A stretch of DNA of 64,000 nt, taken from the NCBI GenBank assembly GCA_010909165.1, contig VJWM01000205.1:124001-188000 (forward strand), written 5' to 3'. This document shows, piece after piece, positions 1 through 12,171 of the stretch. A program made the position numbers and the translations under genes. The stretch's first letter is position 1; each line of letters opens with the position of its first letter. The notes beneath the pieces were generated by a model, which saw nothing but the letters and a program-made list of their open reading frames with translations, was not told where the DNA came from and searched no databases. This DNA comes from Anthoceros angustus (lineage: Eukaryota > Plantae > Anthocerotophyta).

Positions 1-889
1 ACCGGTGGAGGGAGGCGGCAAGCGGCAACTTGAAGGCGAGCAGATGGCGTGCGGGCGAGCACAGACAAGCCGTCAGAGAGGAGAGGAGGCCAACAACCGG
101 GAGATGGAGGATCTCCGCAGACAAAGGACGGAGGCGGCGGCGAGATGGAAGACCGCAAGGAGACTTTGGGCTACGGTCGTGGAGGAGGCAGGGACCTCTA
201 AGGAAGAATTGAGGACCACGAAGGCAGGAGATAGAGCGGCTCCGGCTACATTGGAGGCGAAGAGGTGGGGCGGCGAAACAAGGAGTAGGGGCGTCGGAAG
301 GAGAAAGACTTGGATGAAGCAAGGGAGCGGAGTGCGGACCGCCTAGGAAGGAGAGGTGCGAGGTGAGGAGGCATCTTTGGCGGCCTCAAGAGATTCCGGC
401 TCCGTTGCCGAGCTGCGATAGATGGCGGAGCTTCAAGCAGGATGAATGGTAGGGCAAGAGCTCTAGAAGCGAGCAAAAGTTCTTTGGTCCAGTGCAGGCG
501 GCGGCGGAAGGAGGCAGCTGCGCCATGGCGTAAGTTGGCGGTGCGAAGCAGGCGGAGGCGGAGCACGCAGCGACCTACTACCAGCTCCTTAAGGCCTTGG
601 AGGTCCCGTCAAATCGACGGACCTCCGGATGGATCGAGAGGAGGGAGGAGATGAAGGTCCGGGGATAGTCGTGTGGGACCTTAGTAGCGCTATTCGGGGA
701 CAAGGGCGGGAGGAGCCTCAGGAGGAGTAGGACGAGGCAGACACAACGAGGCATGAGGTAAGCCGGCCGCAACCCTCCAGGGAAGGCAGGGACGAGGGCC
801 CCGAAGGGGTTGGAGAAGAAATCAGGAGACCCGAGGCCGGTGGGTCCGATGGCGAGACGGACCCCCAGGTGGAGAAGTTCAAGGGCATG

Positions 890-1205
890 TGAGTCCGGAC
901 CCTGAGGTCCGGACTTCGGAAATAAGACCGGACCCTGAGGTCCGGACTTCGGAAATAAGACCGGACCGAGGTCCGGACTTGAAATAAGACGGACCGAGGT
1001 CCGAACCCAGTCGAGGCTGGACCACGAGGTCCGGACTCGGAATAGGCGGACCAGGTCCGGACTCAGTCGAGGCGGACCCGAGGTCCGGACTCAGTCGAGG
1101 CTGGACCACGAGGTCCGGACTCAGTCAGTGGACCCGAGGTCCGACTCAGTCGAGGCTGGACCCGAGGTCCGGACTCAGTCGAGGCGGACCCGAGGTCCGG
1201 ACTCG
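890..1205 (+). repeat. Tandem array of ~28-33-nt units (CCGGACCCTGAGGTCCGGACTTCGGAAATAAGA-like)
   Basis: Visible directly. Related arrays at about 2175-2480 and 38870-39120. Confidence 0.9.
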
Positions 1206-2174
1206 GGAGGAGAGGAATCACCACCGACCGCCAAAGTGAGCGTCACCGCTGGTGGTCCCACAGGTGGACCCACTCGGAGGTCGAGAGGACGGAGAGGGGA
1301 TGTGGTGGTTACAGCGGTTGTCGGACCGCCAGAGCTCAACGAGTCTCGGGAAGGAAGGGCCCGCCTCGCGGATCATCGATTAGTGCGCCCTATCGAGAGC
1401 TAGGATTGGGCCACCAGTATGAACCAAGGCACTCCAGCCCCACCGCCAGGCGAGATAGGCGGAATAGAGAATACTAGGTGGCGAGCTAGGGCACATTGGG
1501 CTACCTCGATAGAGTGTAATAAAGACGCCGCCCTTGGGCGTAGTATAAGAGGGCCGGGGCTGCTCTAGTAAAGCATCTTTTTCTTGGGGTGGATACCGCG
1601 TTTCCTTGTAGACCCTTGTGCGTCTTTGCTAACGTGAGTCCTGAGTCATTGGGCAGGCACGACAGCCCCAAAGAGATTGATCAAGGTCCTGGTGACGGAC
1701 CCTAACGTGTGGTGGTGTGTGCAGGGGCGAATGATCAGAGACCCTTGCTCTTCCACAGCCGGGGACCGACGTTGGACGGACCGAAAGCAGCGTGAGCGGT
1801 GGAACTCGGGAGGCGTATGGAGCCGGACGGAGGCATGGTAGAGCGGCGGAGGCGGGCACGGGCAGCCTACTACCAGCTCCTTAAGGCCTTGGAGGTCCCG
1901 TCAAATCGAGCGGACCTCATGGATCGAGAGGAGGGAGGAGATGAAGGTCCGGGGATAGTCGTACTGGGACCTTAGTAGCGCTATTCGGGGACAAGGGCGT
2001 GACGGGGAGGAGCCTCGGGAGGAGTAGGGGCGAGGCACAACGAGGCATGAGGTAAGCGGCCGCAACCCTCCGGGGAAGGCGGGGAGGGCCCCGAAGGGGT
2101 TGGAAGAAATCAGGAGACCCGAGGCAGTGTCCGATGGCGAGGACGGACCCCGGTGGAAGTTCAAGGGCATGTGA

Positions 2175-2480
2175 GTCCGGACCACGAGGTCGGACTTGAC
2201 TCAGGCCGGACCACGAGGTCCGGACTTGAAATAAGACCGGACCACAGTCCGGACTTGAAATAAGACGGACCACGAGGTCGGACTCAGTCGAGGCTGGACC
2301 ACGAGGTCCGGACTCGAAATAGGCGGACCAGTCCGGACTCAATCGAGGCCGGACCCGAGGTCCGGACTCAGTCGAGGCTGGACCCCGGTCGGACTCAGTC
2401 GAGGACCCAGGTCCGGACTCAGTCGAGGCGGACCCGAGGTCCGGACTCAGTCGAGGCCCGGACCCGAGGTCCGGACTCGG
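2175..2480 (+). repeat. Second copy of the GGTCCGGAC tandem array
   Basis: Visible directly; part of the 1.3-kb duplication. Confidence 0.9.
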
Positions 2481-4397
2481 GAGGAGGGGAATCACCACCG
2501 ACACCCAGGCGGGCGATCGCTGGTGGTCCCACAGGACCCACTCGGAGGTCGAGAGGACGAGAGGGGATGTGGTGGTTACCGCAGTTGTCGGACCGCCGCT
2601 TGAGCTCAACCCGAGAGTCTCGGGAAGGGGAAGGGGCCCCGCCTCGCGGATCATCCGATTGGGTGCTCGCAATCGCTGTCAGGGCTAGGGATTGGGCCAC
2701 CAGGGCCGAGGCGGAACCAAGGCACTCCCAGCCCCACCGCCGACGACGTAGATAGGCGGAATAGGGGGGGAATACTAGGTGGGCACATAGAACATGCAGC
2801 TGTAATAGAGTGTAATAAAGGCGCCGCCCTTGGGCGTAGTATAAGAGGGCTGCTCTAGTAAAGCATCTTTTTCTTGGGGTGGATCTGCGTTTCCTTATAG
2901 ACCCTTGTGCGTCTTTGCTAACGTGAGTCTGAGTCAACAAGGTGCACGGCCCCAAAGAGATTGATCAAGGTCCTGGTGACGGACCCTAACGTGTGGTGGT
3001 GTGTGCAGGGGCGAATGATCAGAGACCCTTGCTCTTCCACAGCCGGGGACCGACGTTGGACGGACCGAAACGCGTGAGCCGGTGGAACTCCGGGAGAGCG
3101 TATGGAGACCGGACGGAGAGGCATGGTAGAACGACGACGGAGGTCCGGACCACGCAACTCACTCACTCTTCTCAAAAGAATGATGAGCGTAGTAAGAGTG
3201 GTGAGAAGGACGGACTAGACGAACGAGGGGCAGAGTGGTAGACTACGGACACGAACGAGTCCTTAAACGTTTGGCCACGCCGGGCCTGTTCGGTGAACAT
3301 TAAGAGTAGTTAGTAGTAAAAGCGAGACATGCGCGTTTGAGTCGAAAGCGGTCATGGCGGTGAGGTGAAAGCAGTTGAGGCGTGCCAAGCGGAACCTATC
3401 ATTCTCTTGGGAGCGGACCCTTGCTGTGACGGATTTGTATGTCGTCCGGTGGCCGTCGGTAATCGCGCCACACCTTGGACAAGATGCAGATTGCTGGCCT
3501 CAGAAATGGAATAGAGCATCATTGGAAAATGGTGGTCATCACTCCTTGTAGCTTCTGGCCATAAACAAGGAGGGAGTTGAGGGCTTGTGTGATATGGATC
3601 TTGCCCAAGTTGAGCAAGATCAGCTTAGAGCTCGAATGATTTGGAACTCTTGCCAAAAGAGATGACCGCCCGTATGGAGGCTATCTGAGCATAACTTCTC
3701 ACCATCCTCCACACACACTTCCTAGGAGAAAAGGTGAGGCCTTCCAACAAGCAATTGTTCTGACCAGCGAGACATTCATCTTGGTAGAGAGAGCAAAGGA
3801 GATGGAGATGTTTGAAAGGGAGGCATGTGCAGCAAGGAATGCACCAGAAAAGTTAGAAAGGCAAGCTGCAATCGAACGAAAGCAGATTGAAGTTGTAAAA
3901 TGGAAAGCAGAGTAAGCATTAGCAAAAGCCCAGAAAAAGGAGATGGAAATCGCAGACAAAAGGGCTAGGAGGGAGGAAGCTCTTGCACAAAAGTTGGCAT
4001 TGAGAGCTCAAGTTGCAGCTGGAAAAGAAGCTACTAGGGAGGCATACCGGGCAAGTCAAGCAGCCATAGCGGCTGCTATTTGCAAGATGGGCCCCAACTG
4101 AGAGGTTGCTTTTGTCGCCATAGCTAGAAGAAGTGTCGGGCAAACACTTTGTTTGTTGTGTAAGGTTTGTTGTCTGGCCACCACCCTTTTGTCTAGATGC
4201 ACTGTGAGCTTGTCCAGTCCTCCAGCCGTTTGTCCAGTAGTCGCCAATTGTTGTCCGCATGCCCAGCAATTGTGTCTTGTCATCATCGCTATATCCTGTC
4301 TAGAAGCAATTGTGTCCTGTCATCATCGCTATATCATGTCTAGATGCCCAACTATCCAGGAGAGCAGTTTGCAATTCTGCACTCTGGTCTCAGGATT

Positions 4398-4722
4398 TCA
4401 TACAAGCTCGTATACATAGTTCATACAAATTTTGGTTGTTGTCTATTTCATACAAGCTTGTATACATAGTTGATACAAATTTTGGTTGTTGTCTGGTACT
4501 TCAATAGGACGTATCCAAAAAGTATTTTTCTATATTTTTTGACTCAATAAACCGCACACTACGGTTTTTCGCAACTGCTTGGCCGGAATCGGGCCAAGTA
4601 CTCTACTTCAATAGGAAGTGAAGAGATGTATCCAAAAAGTATTTCTCTGTAGCTTTTGACTCAGTAAAACGCACACTATGATTTTCCGCGATTGCTTGGC
4701 CGGAATCGGGCCAAGTACTCTA
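4398..4722. repeat. Two short local direct duplications (~50 bp and ~120 bp)
   Basis: TCATACAAGCT..TTTGGTTGTTGTCT occurs twice. GTATCCAAAAAGTATT...GGGCCAAGTACTCTA occurs twice. Confidence 0.8.
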
Positions 4723-5047
4723 TCTCCTCATGAGCCATGGTTCATCAGAGAAGTTTGGATCCTCATCGAGGGTTGCATATTTACGTAGCCGAGTGTAAGA
4801 AAATGAATGTTGGTATGATACATTTAGGGCCTACCTGATCAATGTAATCCTCCGTTTGTCCGAAACTTCAATCCGTCACAGCTACGATTGTTCTCCTCCT
4901 CTTCTAAATCCTGTATGCCAATGAATTCTAGTTTACAATATGAGGCTATGTGTGCACATAGGCTTCACTTCCCCATTGCCTGCTACAATATGAGGCTGTG
5001 TCTGCAGGTGGCCTTCACTTCCCCATTGCCTCCCGCCTTCCCTGCAG

Positions 5048-6957
5048 CTAGGCAGCAGCCCTGACGCTGACAGAGACGTCCATTTTCGTATGACGTACAC
5101 CTGGCAGAGATGTCATTTGATCCAAGTATCGCACCACTGCTACGATCTCCGGGACGTGGTCCACAATCACACCGTCCACTCCTACCCGTTTTTGCTTTAC
5201 GACTGCCTCGGCAAGATTGCTGCATCAACCACCAGGGATACTTCAGCTCAGCAACAAGGGAAGAGCAGGGAAGGTGTCTCATTCCATATGAAGCGCGAAT
5301 CAGAGAACTTACTTCAGTTCGCCGTACGTGAACATGATGAGACCAGCTTGTTTCACTTCGGAAACTGCTGCAGGGTTTTGAAGAATTGGCTTCACTTCGG
5401 AGACTATTCCTTGTAGACCGTCTGGATATGACAAAAGTTGCAACTAACACTAGTTAGATCAAAGGCACTGCGAGGAACATCCTCCAGACGCTCCACTGCT
5501 GGATATAACGTACTTTTCAAGCAGACTTCGATGGCAGCTTCAATGGAATTCCTGCGTGAGTCCTTGAACGTATGCCCGCCTCCGTCAGTAAGAAAGAAGA
5601 CCTGGACCAGTTCCAACATGATGTCGATGAGAAAATGTTGGTGGCTTCACATCAAGGAACAGTATCCTGCGAATATGGGCTTTGTAGTCACAGTACTTAC
5701 TGGATAGCTGTCTTGCTCCTTGCGCAGGATGGCCACAGCATCAGGATGGAAGCTAGAAAAGTAGATTCTTCGTCCATTAGAATGACGTCGCACATCCTAG
5801 ATGTTTCCATCAAGTGTAGAAATGCGTTCAGAAGCTGATCGCATCTAAGATCAACTGTTCTCGCCCCTTTCTCAGAACTCACAAAAAATAAGTCAAATAG
5901 AGAACTATCTGCGTGCAGAAGGTACTCACAAGAAGGATAGCTGATATTGTCCGATAGAGTTCAGCTTCAGAAACGTCATCGTGATCGTTGAACTTTGCTT
6001 CAATGTTGAATCCAACCGCTGGATCAACCTGCTGGAAAACCTCTTCCAAGGTACAAAGGCTGTCCTCCACTGTCACATTCCAACTACTGATTGTTCCATC
6101 TCGAGCCCTTCTTAGAAGGGCTCTGCCACCCTGCAAGAGCCAATCACAAAGGTCCACGTAAGCACACAGGGAACAGGAACGAAGCAAAGCTCCCATAACA
6201 CCAGCTTTAGGTTTCCATGATTCCAACCTTGCCATTGCCCATTTGGGGCCCAATGCCGAGAAATTCATGGATGCTAAGGTCACCAATTGTGCTTGCCTGC
6301 TGCAAGAAAGACATAACTCATAAGCAGCCGCACAGGCTTCAACAGACTTCATTGCAAACGAAACCAGACAGATTTCCACACAGCTCCAAGTTGCATTGAC
6401 AGATGACAGGTTCAGGATGAGCACCTTGTCCTCAGTGAGGATCAAGTCGTCGTGGAATATCACAGGACGTCCATCCCTGGTCACCTGGTGGGACACCGAG
6501 TACACAGGTAAGCTTCAAGACACAAAAACTCTAAACGTGAGCCCCCACATTAGGCAAGGTAGGACGACCAAAGTACCTGAACATCAAACTCAATAAAATC
6601 TGCACCATTACTGGCAGCCAGATTGAAGGAAGTGATTGTATTCTCTCTGATAGAGGGTCTAGCATCAGGCATCTCTCCTAGGGCAGGGCTCGGGTTCTTC
6701 CCACACCCCCGGTGACCAACCACCACGAGTTTTGGTTTAAGACCATTTTGGATCGAGTCTGAGCAAATAAAAACAGAAGATTTCACCAACAACACTAACA
6801 CACCACACCAGACCACACCAGGCCACCTCCTAAACATCTAAAGCAGCAAGTAAGCAAGCTACAGACGGGGCAAGGCAAAGGCAAACTCACCATTAGAAAG
6901 AACCTCCATCAGACCCAGGCACCCCAACACCACTGCTACCTGAGCTGCAAACAACAT
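5048..6957 (-). CDS. GDPD: Glycerophosphodiester phosphodiesterase, GDPD1-3-like, multi-exon
   Basis: Spliced exons give VVGHRG, ENTITSF, GADFIEFDVQVTRDG.PVIFHD, GFNIEAKF, FSSFHPDA, TYGELNN and GVDGVIVD. GT-AG introns restore one open frame. The start exon is inferred. Confidence 0.92.
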
Positions 6958-7903
6958 CACCACCTCAGGTCACCACCAGCATCCTCTCTTTTCCTCCTGA
7001 CCAATCCACAAACCTAAATCAATTACAGCAGAATTGAATCGCCATCAAATCACGGCCTACCAGGAGGGGAAAAATACGGGTATCCGAGCAGGGGAGCTGC
7101 TTCCAACCCGGCTCTGCGCCTGCTCAGCGAGTGCTGGTCCCACAACCGAGCCTGGAAAGCGAGGAAAGCGGAGGGCGAGGCAGAGGCGGCACAGCGAGAA
7201 TGTGCAATCCCAAGACGAAGCGCAAGCGACGCGGCCTTATGTGCACACAGGCGGTTCATCCCGGGCGTGACGAATCAGGAAGGCAAGCAAGAAGAAGAAG
7301 GAGAGGCGGGAGATGCGCATCAGATGCAGCATTATCCACTCGTCATGCGGGATATTCCCGCGCGTAACTGCCATCTTGGCTGTCCGCCTGTCCTGAGCAG
7401 GGAGACAGCTCCTTTCAGTTGGCTTCCTTCCTTACGAGGGCGCGGGGGCTGCCACCACTGGATAACCTTGCTCCGTTCCTTCCGGCCCCGTTCCTTCCTA
7501 ATCCCAACATAACAACTCTGTCCGGGCTGTCCCTTTCCCGTCCCGTTTTGCCGCCCTCGCGCTCCGAAGTTGCACATTCTACCTAATGAGAATTATATTA
7601 CACCAACCCGGCCCGTGTTGCATGGAGAACGAGAGCGCGTAAGGAACAAGTGTGTGAGAAGACCGCAGTGGGAACACGGAGTTCAACGGACCCTCCGTCC
7701 GCTCCAATTATGGTTGCCGCCTGCGGTAGCCGGACGTGGATCGTGACGCGGACTGTTCTCCTGCGTGTGGACCTCACCTGCAGCTCTGCCTTGAGAGGGA
7801 GCGTCCAGCGGCAGTCTCCACCCGCCCGTGTCGATACAGCTCGCGCCAGCGGCTTCTCGTGATTCCTCCTCGGCAGCGCGTCAGCCGCAGGCGAGCAGGC
7901 GCC

Positions 7904-8243
7904 ATGGGGAAGGGCGGGGACACTGCAACCTGTGTCGACATCCTTCTCGCCATCATTCTCCCGCCCCTGGGAGTCTTCTTCAAGTTTGGATGCAGGGTGA
8001 GTCCGTGTTGTGTCAGCAGGCTCCTGTGCTGGAGACACTTGGCCTGTTAAGAACGACCAATCGTGCGTGGAGCTTGCGGTGGGTTTGTCTGTAATCCTAC
8101 ATGCTCCTCGTCAGGCTAAAACCGTTGTGCCTTGGCTTTGGCAGGTTCAGTTCTGGATCTCCGTCATATTGACGCTTTTCGGATGGCTGCCTGGTGTCAT
8201 CTACGCCATCTATGAGCTTACTAAAGACTCTAATGTTGAGTGA
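7904..8243 (+). CDS. RCI2: RCI2/PMP3 (LTI6-like) small hydrophobic protein, 2 exons (7904-7996, 8145-8243), 63 aa
   Basis: CVDILLAIILPPLGVFFKFGCR|VQFWISVILTLFGWLPGVIYAIYELTK, with the intron at the position typical for the family. Confidence 0.95.
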
Positions 8244-8792
8244 CAACGGACCAGGTGTGTACGGAGCTGCTGCAGTGGATGCAGCGTGCCGGCTATGGCT
8301 GGTTGCGCTTCGAGTATAAGCATTTGATCAACTGTCGTGACAACGTCAGATCTCTCAGATTCATGTCTTGCTTGGGAGGGCTTAGGAGATTTGATTAGGC
8401 AACAGGATATTTATGTTGCAGTTGTTCATTTCGCTCTTTGTTTAGCCAACGAATAGTGGACGGGTTCTTCGTTGTAAGATATCATTGCTGTATGATGGTT
8501 TTCTAGCAGATATTGTCCTTTTCGAGTCGACATTTTGCTTCGCTTCGTTTCAGCAAATTGCTCGATGATTACATTTGAGCGACGCACTAAAAAATAAGGT
8601 GCATCACCACACCAAACTTGTCTGCGATGTAACACTAGCACTCACGCCTCATTACAGCTTACATTATTTCAAACGATGTCCTGATGAGACCATGTCACTA
8701 CGATAGAATGCAATTCTCGCAGCTGAATTGATTTACGATGTAGCCTTCGAGGCAACTTGGCCATACAGGAAACGCTCTTTTTTCTACAACTC

Positions 8793-9246
8793 TCAACCCA
8801 CAATGACGTAGATGGCATAAATGATTCCAGGAATATATCCCAGAATGGTTAGCAGTAGGCAGATCCAGAACTCTACCTGCACGCCAAGTTTGTAACATCA
8901 TAATATCAGACACACAAATATTCCACAATCCAGTAACAACAAACAAAACCGACAACCGAGCAGCGGCAGGCATCAAGCGGGAATCTTTAACTCCGTCTCG
9001 CTCAACACATACCACAATCCAGATTCCAGACTGCAACAAACTGCTACTACAAGGCAGTGCAATCCGCAAACAGCCGCAGGGCTGCAAACACTTACTAACG
9101 CTAGACCGCGGGCTCATCTGCAGCGCCAGCAGCAGCCAGGAAATACACTTTGTACTTACCGCACAACCATACTTCAAGAACACTCCCAGAGGAGGGAGGA
9201 TGATGGCTAGCAGAACGTCAATGAAGGTGTGATCGCCCCTCGCCAT
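8793..9246 (-). CDS. RCI2: RCI2/PMP3 small hydrophobic protein, second paralog, 2 exons
   Basis: MARGDHTFIDVLLAIILPPLGVFLKYGCA|VEFWICLLLTILGYIPGIIYAIYVIVG*. Confidence 0.95.
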
Positions 9247-9743
9247 CTCGAAATCAGCCGGCAGGTGACTGGTCCAAACGAAATGCGAGGAAGACTACGT
9301 CTCGGAAGTGAAGCCTTGGAAGCTTAACTGTCGTACACAGATTGCAAGCAACAGATTGAGAGCAGACGACACAAGTATTTTCGTAGACAGGCCGCTTAAG
9401 AAGGCGGGGCTTCTGACATGCGGCATGCACATCCTCTCCGCCAGGTTAAAACACCGCGTGGCACCTCAGCAGGTGGTCGGGGATTTGAGCATCCAATGCT
9501 GGGCGGCCAGCCAACAGCCAGCAGGCCGGCGGTGACGTGTGCCAGCTTCTCTGCCTCTACGCCTCTCCAGGTGGCTCGGCAACCGACTTCATTTCTCCTC
9601 TTGGATGCGGTGCCCCTGATAGCTGGCACGTTGAGGCGGGAGCACTCGTCCCTGACACATTGACGGCTATTGGGCTATAATAGTCCAGGGCTGTACAATC
9701 ACTCCACCCAGGCCTACATAAAAGGGCACATGAAAAAGCTGTA

Positions 9744-11281
9744 CTATTCAATGCTGGGCGCCACTGTGCCACATTCTAGCTCTTCCAGTGCAAGATCGGG
9801 TGCCTTGATGACACGGTTGCCAGGACTGTCCTTCACAGCCCATCTCTTGTAGTCCTCGAGCAGGTAGTCCACAAAAGCGGGCATCATCCTGTCAAGAAAC
9901 GCCTGCAAAATCCTGTTTACGGTAGTAGACCCATGGTCAGCTTGTTCTCATACTAGATTTGATGTGTGAGAAGACATGCTGGTTGCTGAGCTGGACTGCA
10001 AGTAGCTTCAAGCAGGAGTTGAGGACGTGTGTCGTAAAGGAGTGGCACTCACGCGTTTGCTGGAACTTCAACAGCCGATGCTGGAAGGTGGGTGAACGGG
10101 AAAGTGTATATCTGACAAAAGGTGCTCACAGTCATAAAGGGCAGGAGGAGGTTGCCAGATCGGGAACGATACGAGAGAGTGGATGGCACGTACCTCTAAA
10201 GACAATTTGAGCTCCACTTTGACGTTGAGAGAAGGGCTAGAATCCCAGGTCAGATGATTCTTCATACTGGCTGCAAGGATAACACTAGTGCGGTATAACA
10301 GCTGGATGGACGCACTGAGACGGAAGTGCAGATCATCGCGGCTCATCAGACATACCAGAGAACCGTTTGTTTTGTCGTTCTACTTCGTCAGAGCCCTCGA
10401 ACTGTTACATAAAAACAAACAAACTTCTTTAGAGCCCTCGAACTGTAACATCAAGCAGACAGGACACACTTTTTCAACAACGGGATGACTCAAATACCAG
10501 CAGAATCCTAGAGTTACGCCTCACCTTGCAGGACAGCATCTCCACGATGCAGTCATTATCCGTTGTGGCAACATATAGATCGATTATAGGTCTGGTTGTG
10601 AAGTTCAAGAACTCCAGTTCAGGCAAAGTGCACCTAGAGCGGCAGAACTAGGTTAAGAGGGAGCCATACTACATGCAGTCTCACTCACCAGCTTGACAAG
10701 ACGATGCACACACCTGTAAGTATTGTCACCCAAGGGCTGCATCGTCTTCAATGACTTGATGTTAAGCACTGACTGCATCCCTTCGGGCACCTGCAGGAAA
10801 GCTCCCAGTGACCTGGAAGATGGGGCAGAGCTCACCCAGTCTGGTAGTTGCACCACTCTGTACGATTTCACAAACAAGTTCGCACGCTTCTGAGCAACTA
10901 TCTGTCTGCAAACAGGCTTCTTGTTTCCTGCATTCCTGTCATTATCCACAGCCAACTAAATCAACGGATAATGAACATGGCTGTCCAGTCTTAGAAGGCG
11001 TATGTGCTGGATTGGTGACTGCCAGGCACATACCTAGTCCAGTGACGATTTAGCTTGTTACAGTGGGCTTGCTGCGTGGTGGCCCACAGGCCGTCTTCAT
11101 GGGTTGATCTGAAGTGAGCTACAGGATCCTGCAAGGTCCTCTCTTCAGATGAACAGAAAATTCACTACACGAGGCACTTCACATTCTGAATTGTCCTCAC
11201 CCTGCTCCGGGATTGCATGCCAATGGAGCTAGTCCTTGAAGCTGCAAACGTCGCACTCATGCCCCCACACCACAGCGCCAT
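9744..11281 (-). CDS. DUF1997-like (probably plastid-targeted) protein, multi-exon
   Basis: Spliced exons: NTYR|CTLPELEFLNFTTRPIIDL..VEMLSCK|FEGSDEVERQNKRFS|ASMKNHLTWD..VELKLSLE|..ILQAFLDRMMPAFVDYLLEDYKRW. The N-terminus is S/R-rich and transit-peptide-like. Family recognised from memory. Confidence 0.75.
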
Positions 11282-12171
11282 CTCTTGTCAACACTTCCGT
11301 GATGTAGAGCTATGAAGGAATCTGTGCGTGTCAATCTGTCCGGTCAATCAAATCACGTTGCAGTTCACCCAGCTTTCAAACAAGGCAATCCCAAATTTCC
11401 GAGAAAACAACTGCAGGTTGCAGAAATCTTTGAAGGAAAGCTAGAGACACTCACCTCAAGTACCAAATTCAAACAACCTGCGAGCAGGTCTGCATTCTCC
11501 GTTCAGTTCGCCCGGGAAATAGGGGTTCCATGGTTCAACAGTCACAAACTCCAAAGCCGTTCGTCAAGGCAAATCCATATCAGCCATCCAGCGCCTCCAC
11601 GGCACGGATTGCTAAAACAATCGTCGTCGCCAGTCAAGCTTGGCACCAACCACACCGGGCAACATTGAAGGGTTTACACAGCATCTGGATAATAAGAATG
11701 GTCGAAGGATTCAAGCGGCCTCCTGCTTTCACTGAACAAACCTACGCAGATGTACAACAGGTAGAATGCGATCCAGATTCTATCAGGCCTTGCCTCATAT
11801 ATCGCATGTAGAATTAATGCACCAATGGAACGCTGCAGACCTGGCAACGAGACAGCTCTCGTCAACAAAGGACACAGTACAGACCCCGAAGATGCTTACA
11901 GACCCTCGTTGGTAACTTCACTTCCTAACGCTATTTTCACTTTGCGCCTGTCTCCAATTGATCACAGGGACGAGTTGGGCATGAATGAATGGAAGAAAGT
12001 AAGAGTGGCAAAAAATTCCGGCAATCCGACCAGAACCTAACAACGTAGGTCGGACAGATTAAGAAGTGGCAAGCATGCTGGCTTGATCCCCTTCCTTTTC
12101 AAAACCTTCTTCTGGAGCTCCCAGCTTGAGAGCAAAAGCAACCCAAGTAACAATAGGCGCCTACTGACACA

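Larger units (their letters stand above)
1..3470 (+). mobile_element. 3' part of a long LTR-like element (same family as 34896-40124), with an internal ~1.3-kb tandem duplication
   Basis: Extensively similar to 37.6-40.1 kb (GGTCCGGAC repeats, TAGTATAAGAGG, AAGCATCTTTTTCTTGGGGTGGAT, GGAACCTATCATTCTCTTGGG). Ends in GCCACA like the 40124 end. About 570-1860 is repeated at about 1860-3130. Confidence 0.75.

Noticed and set aside
3480-4100. Coiled-coil-like decayed ORF (AIVLTSE..., K/E/A-rich), possibly a transposase tail
   Set aside because: Several stops and no diagnostic motif; cannot be assigned.
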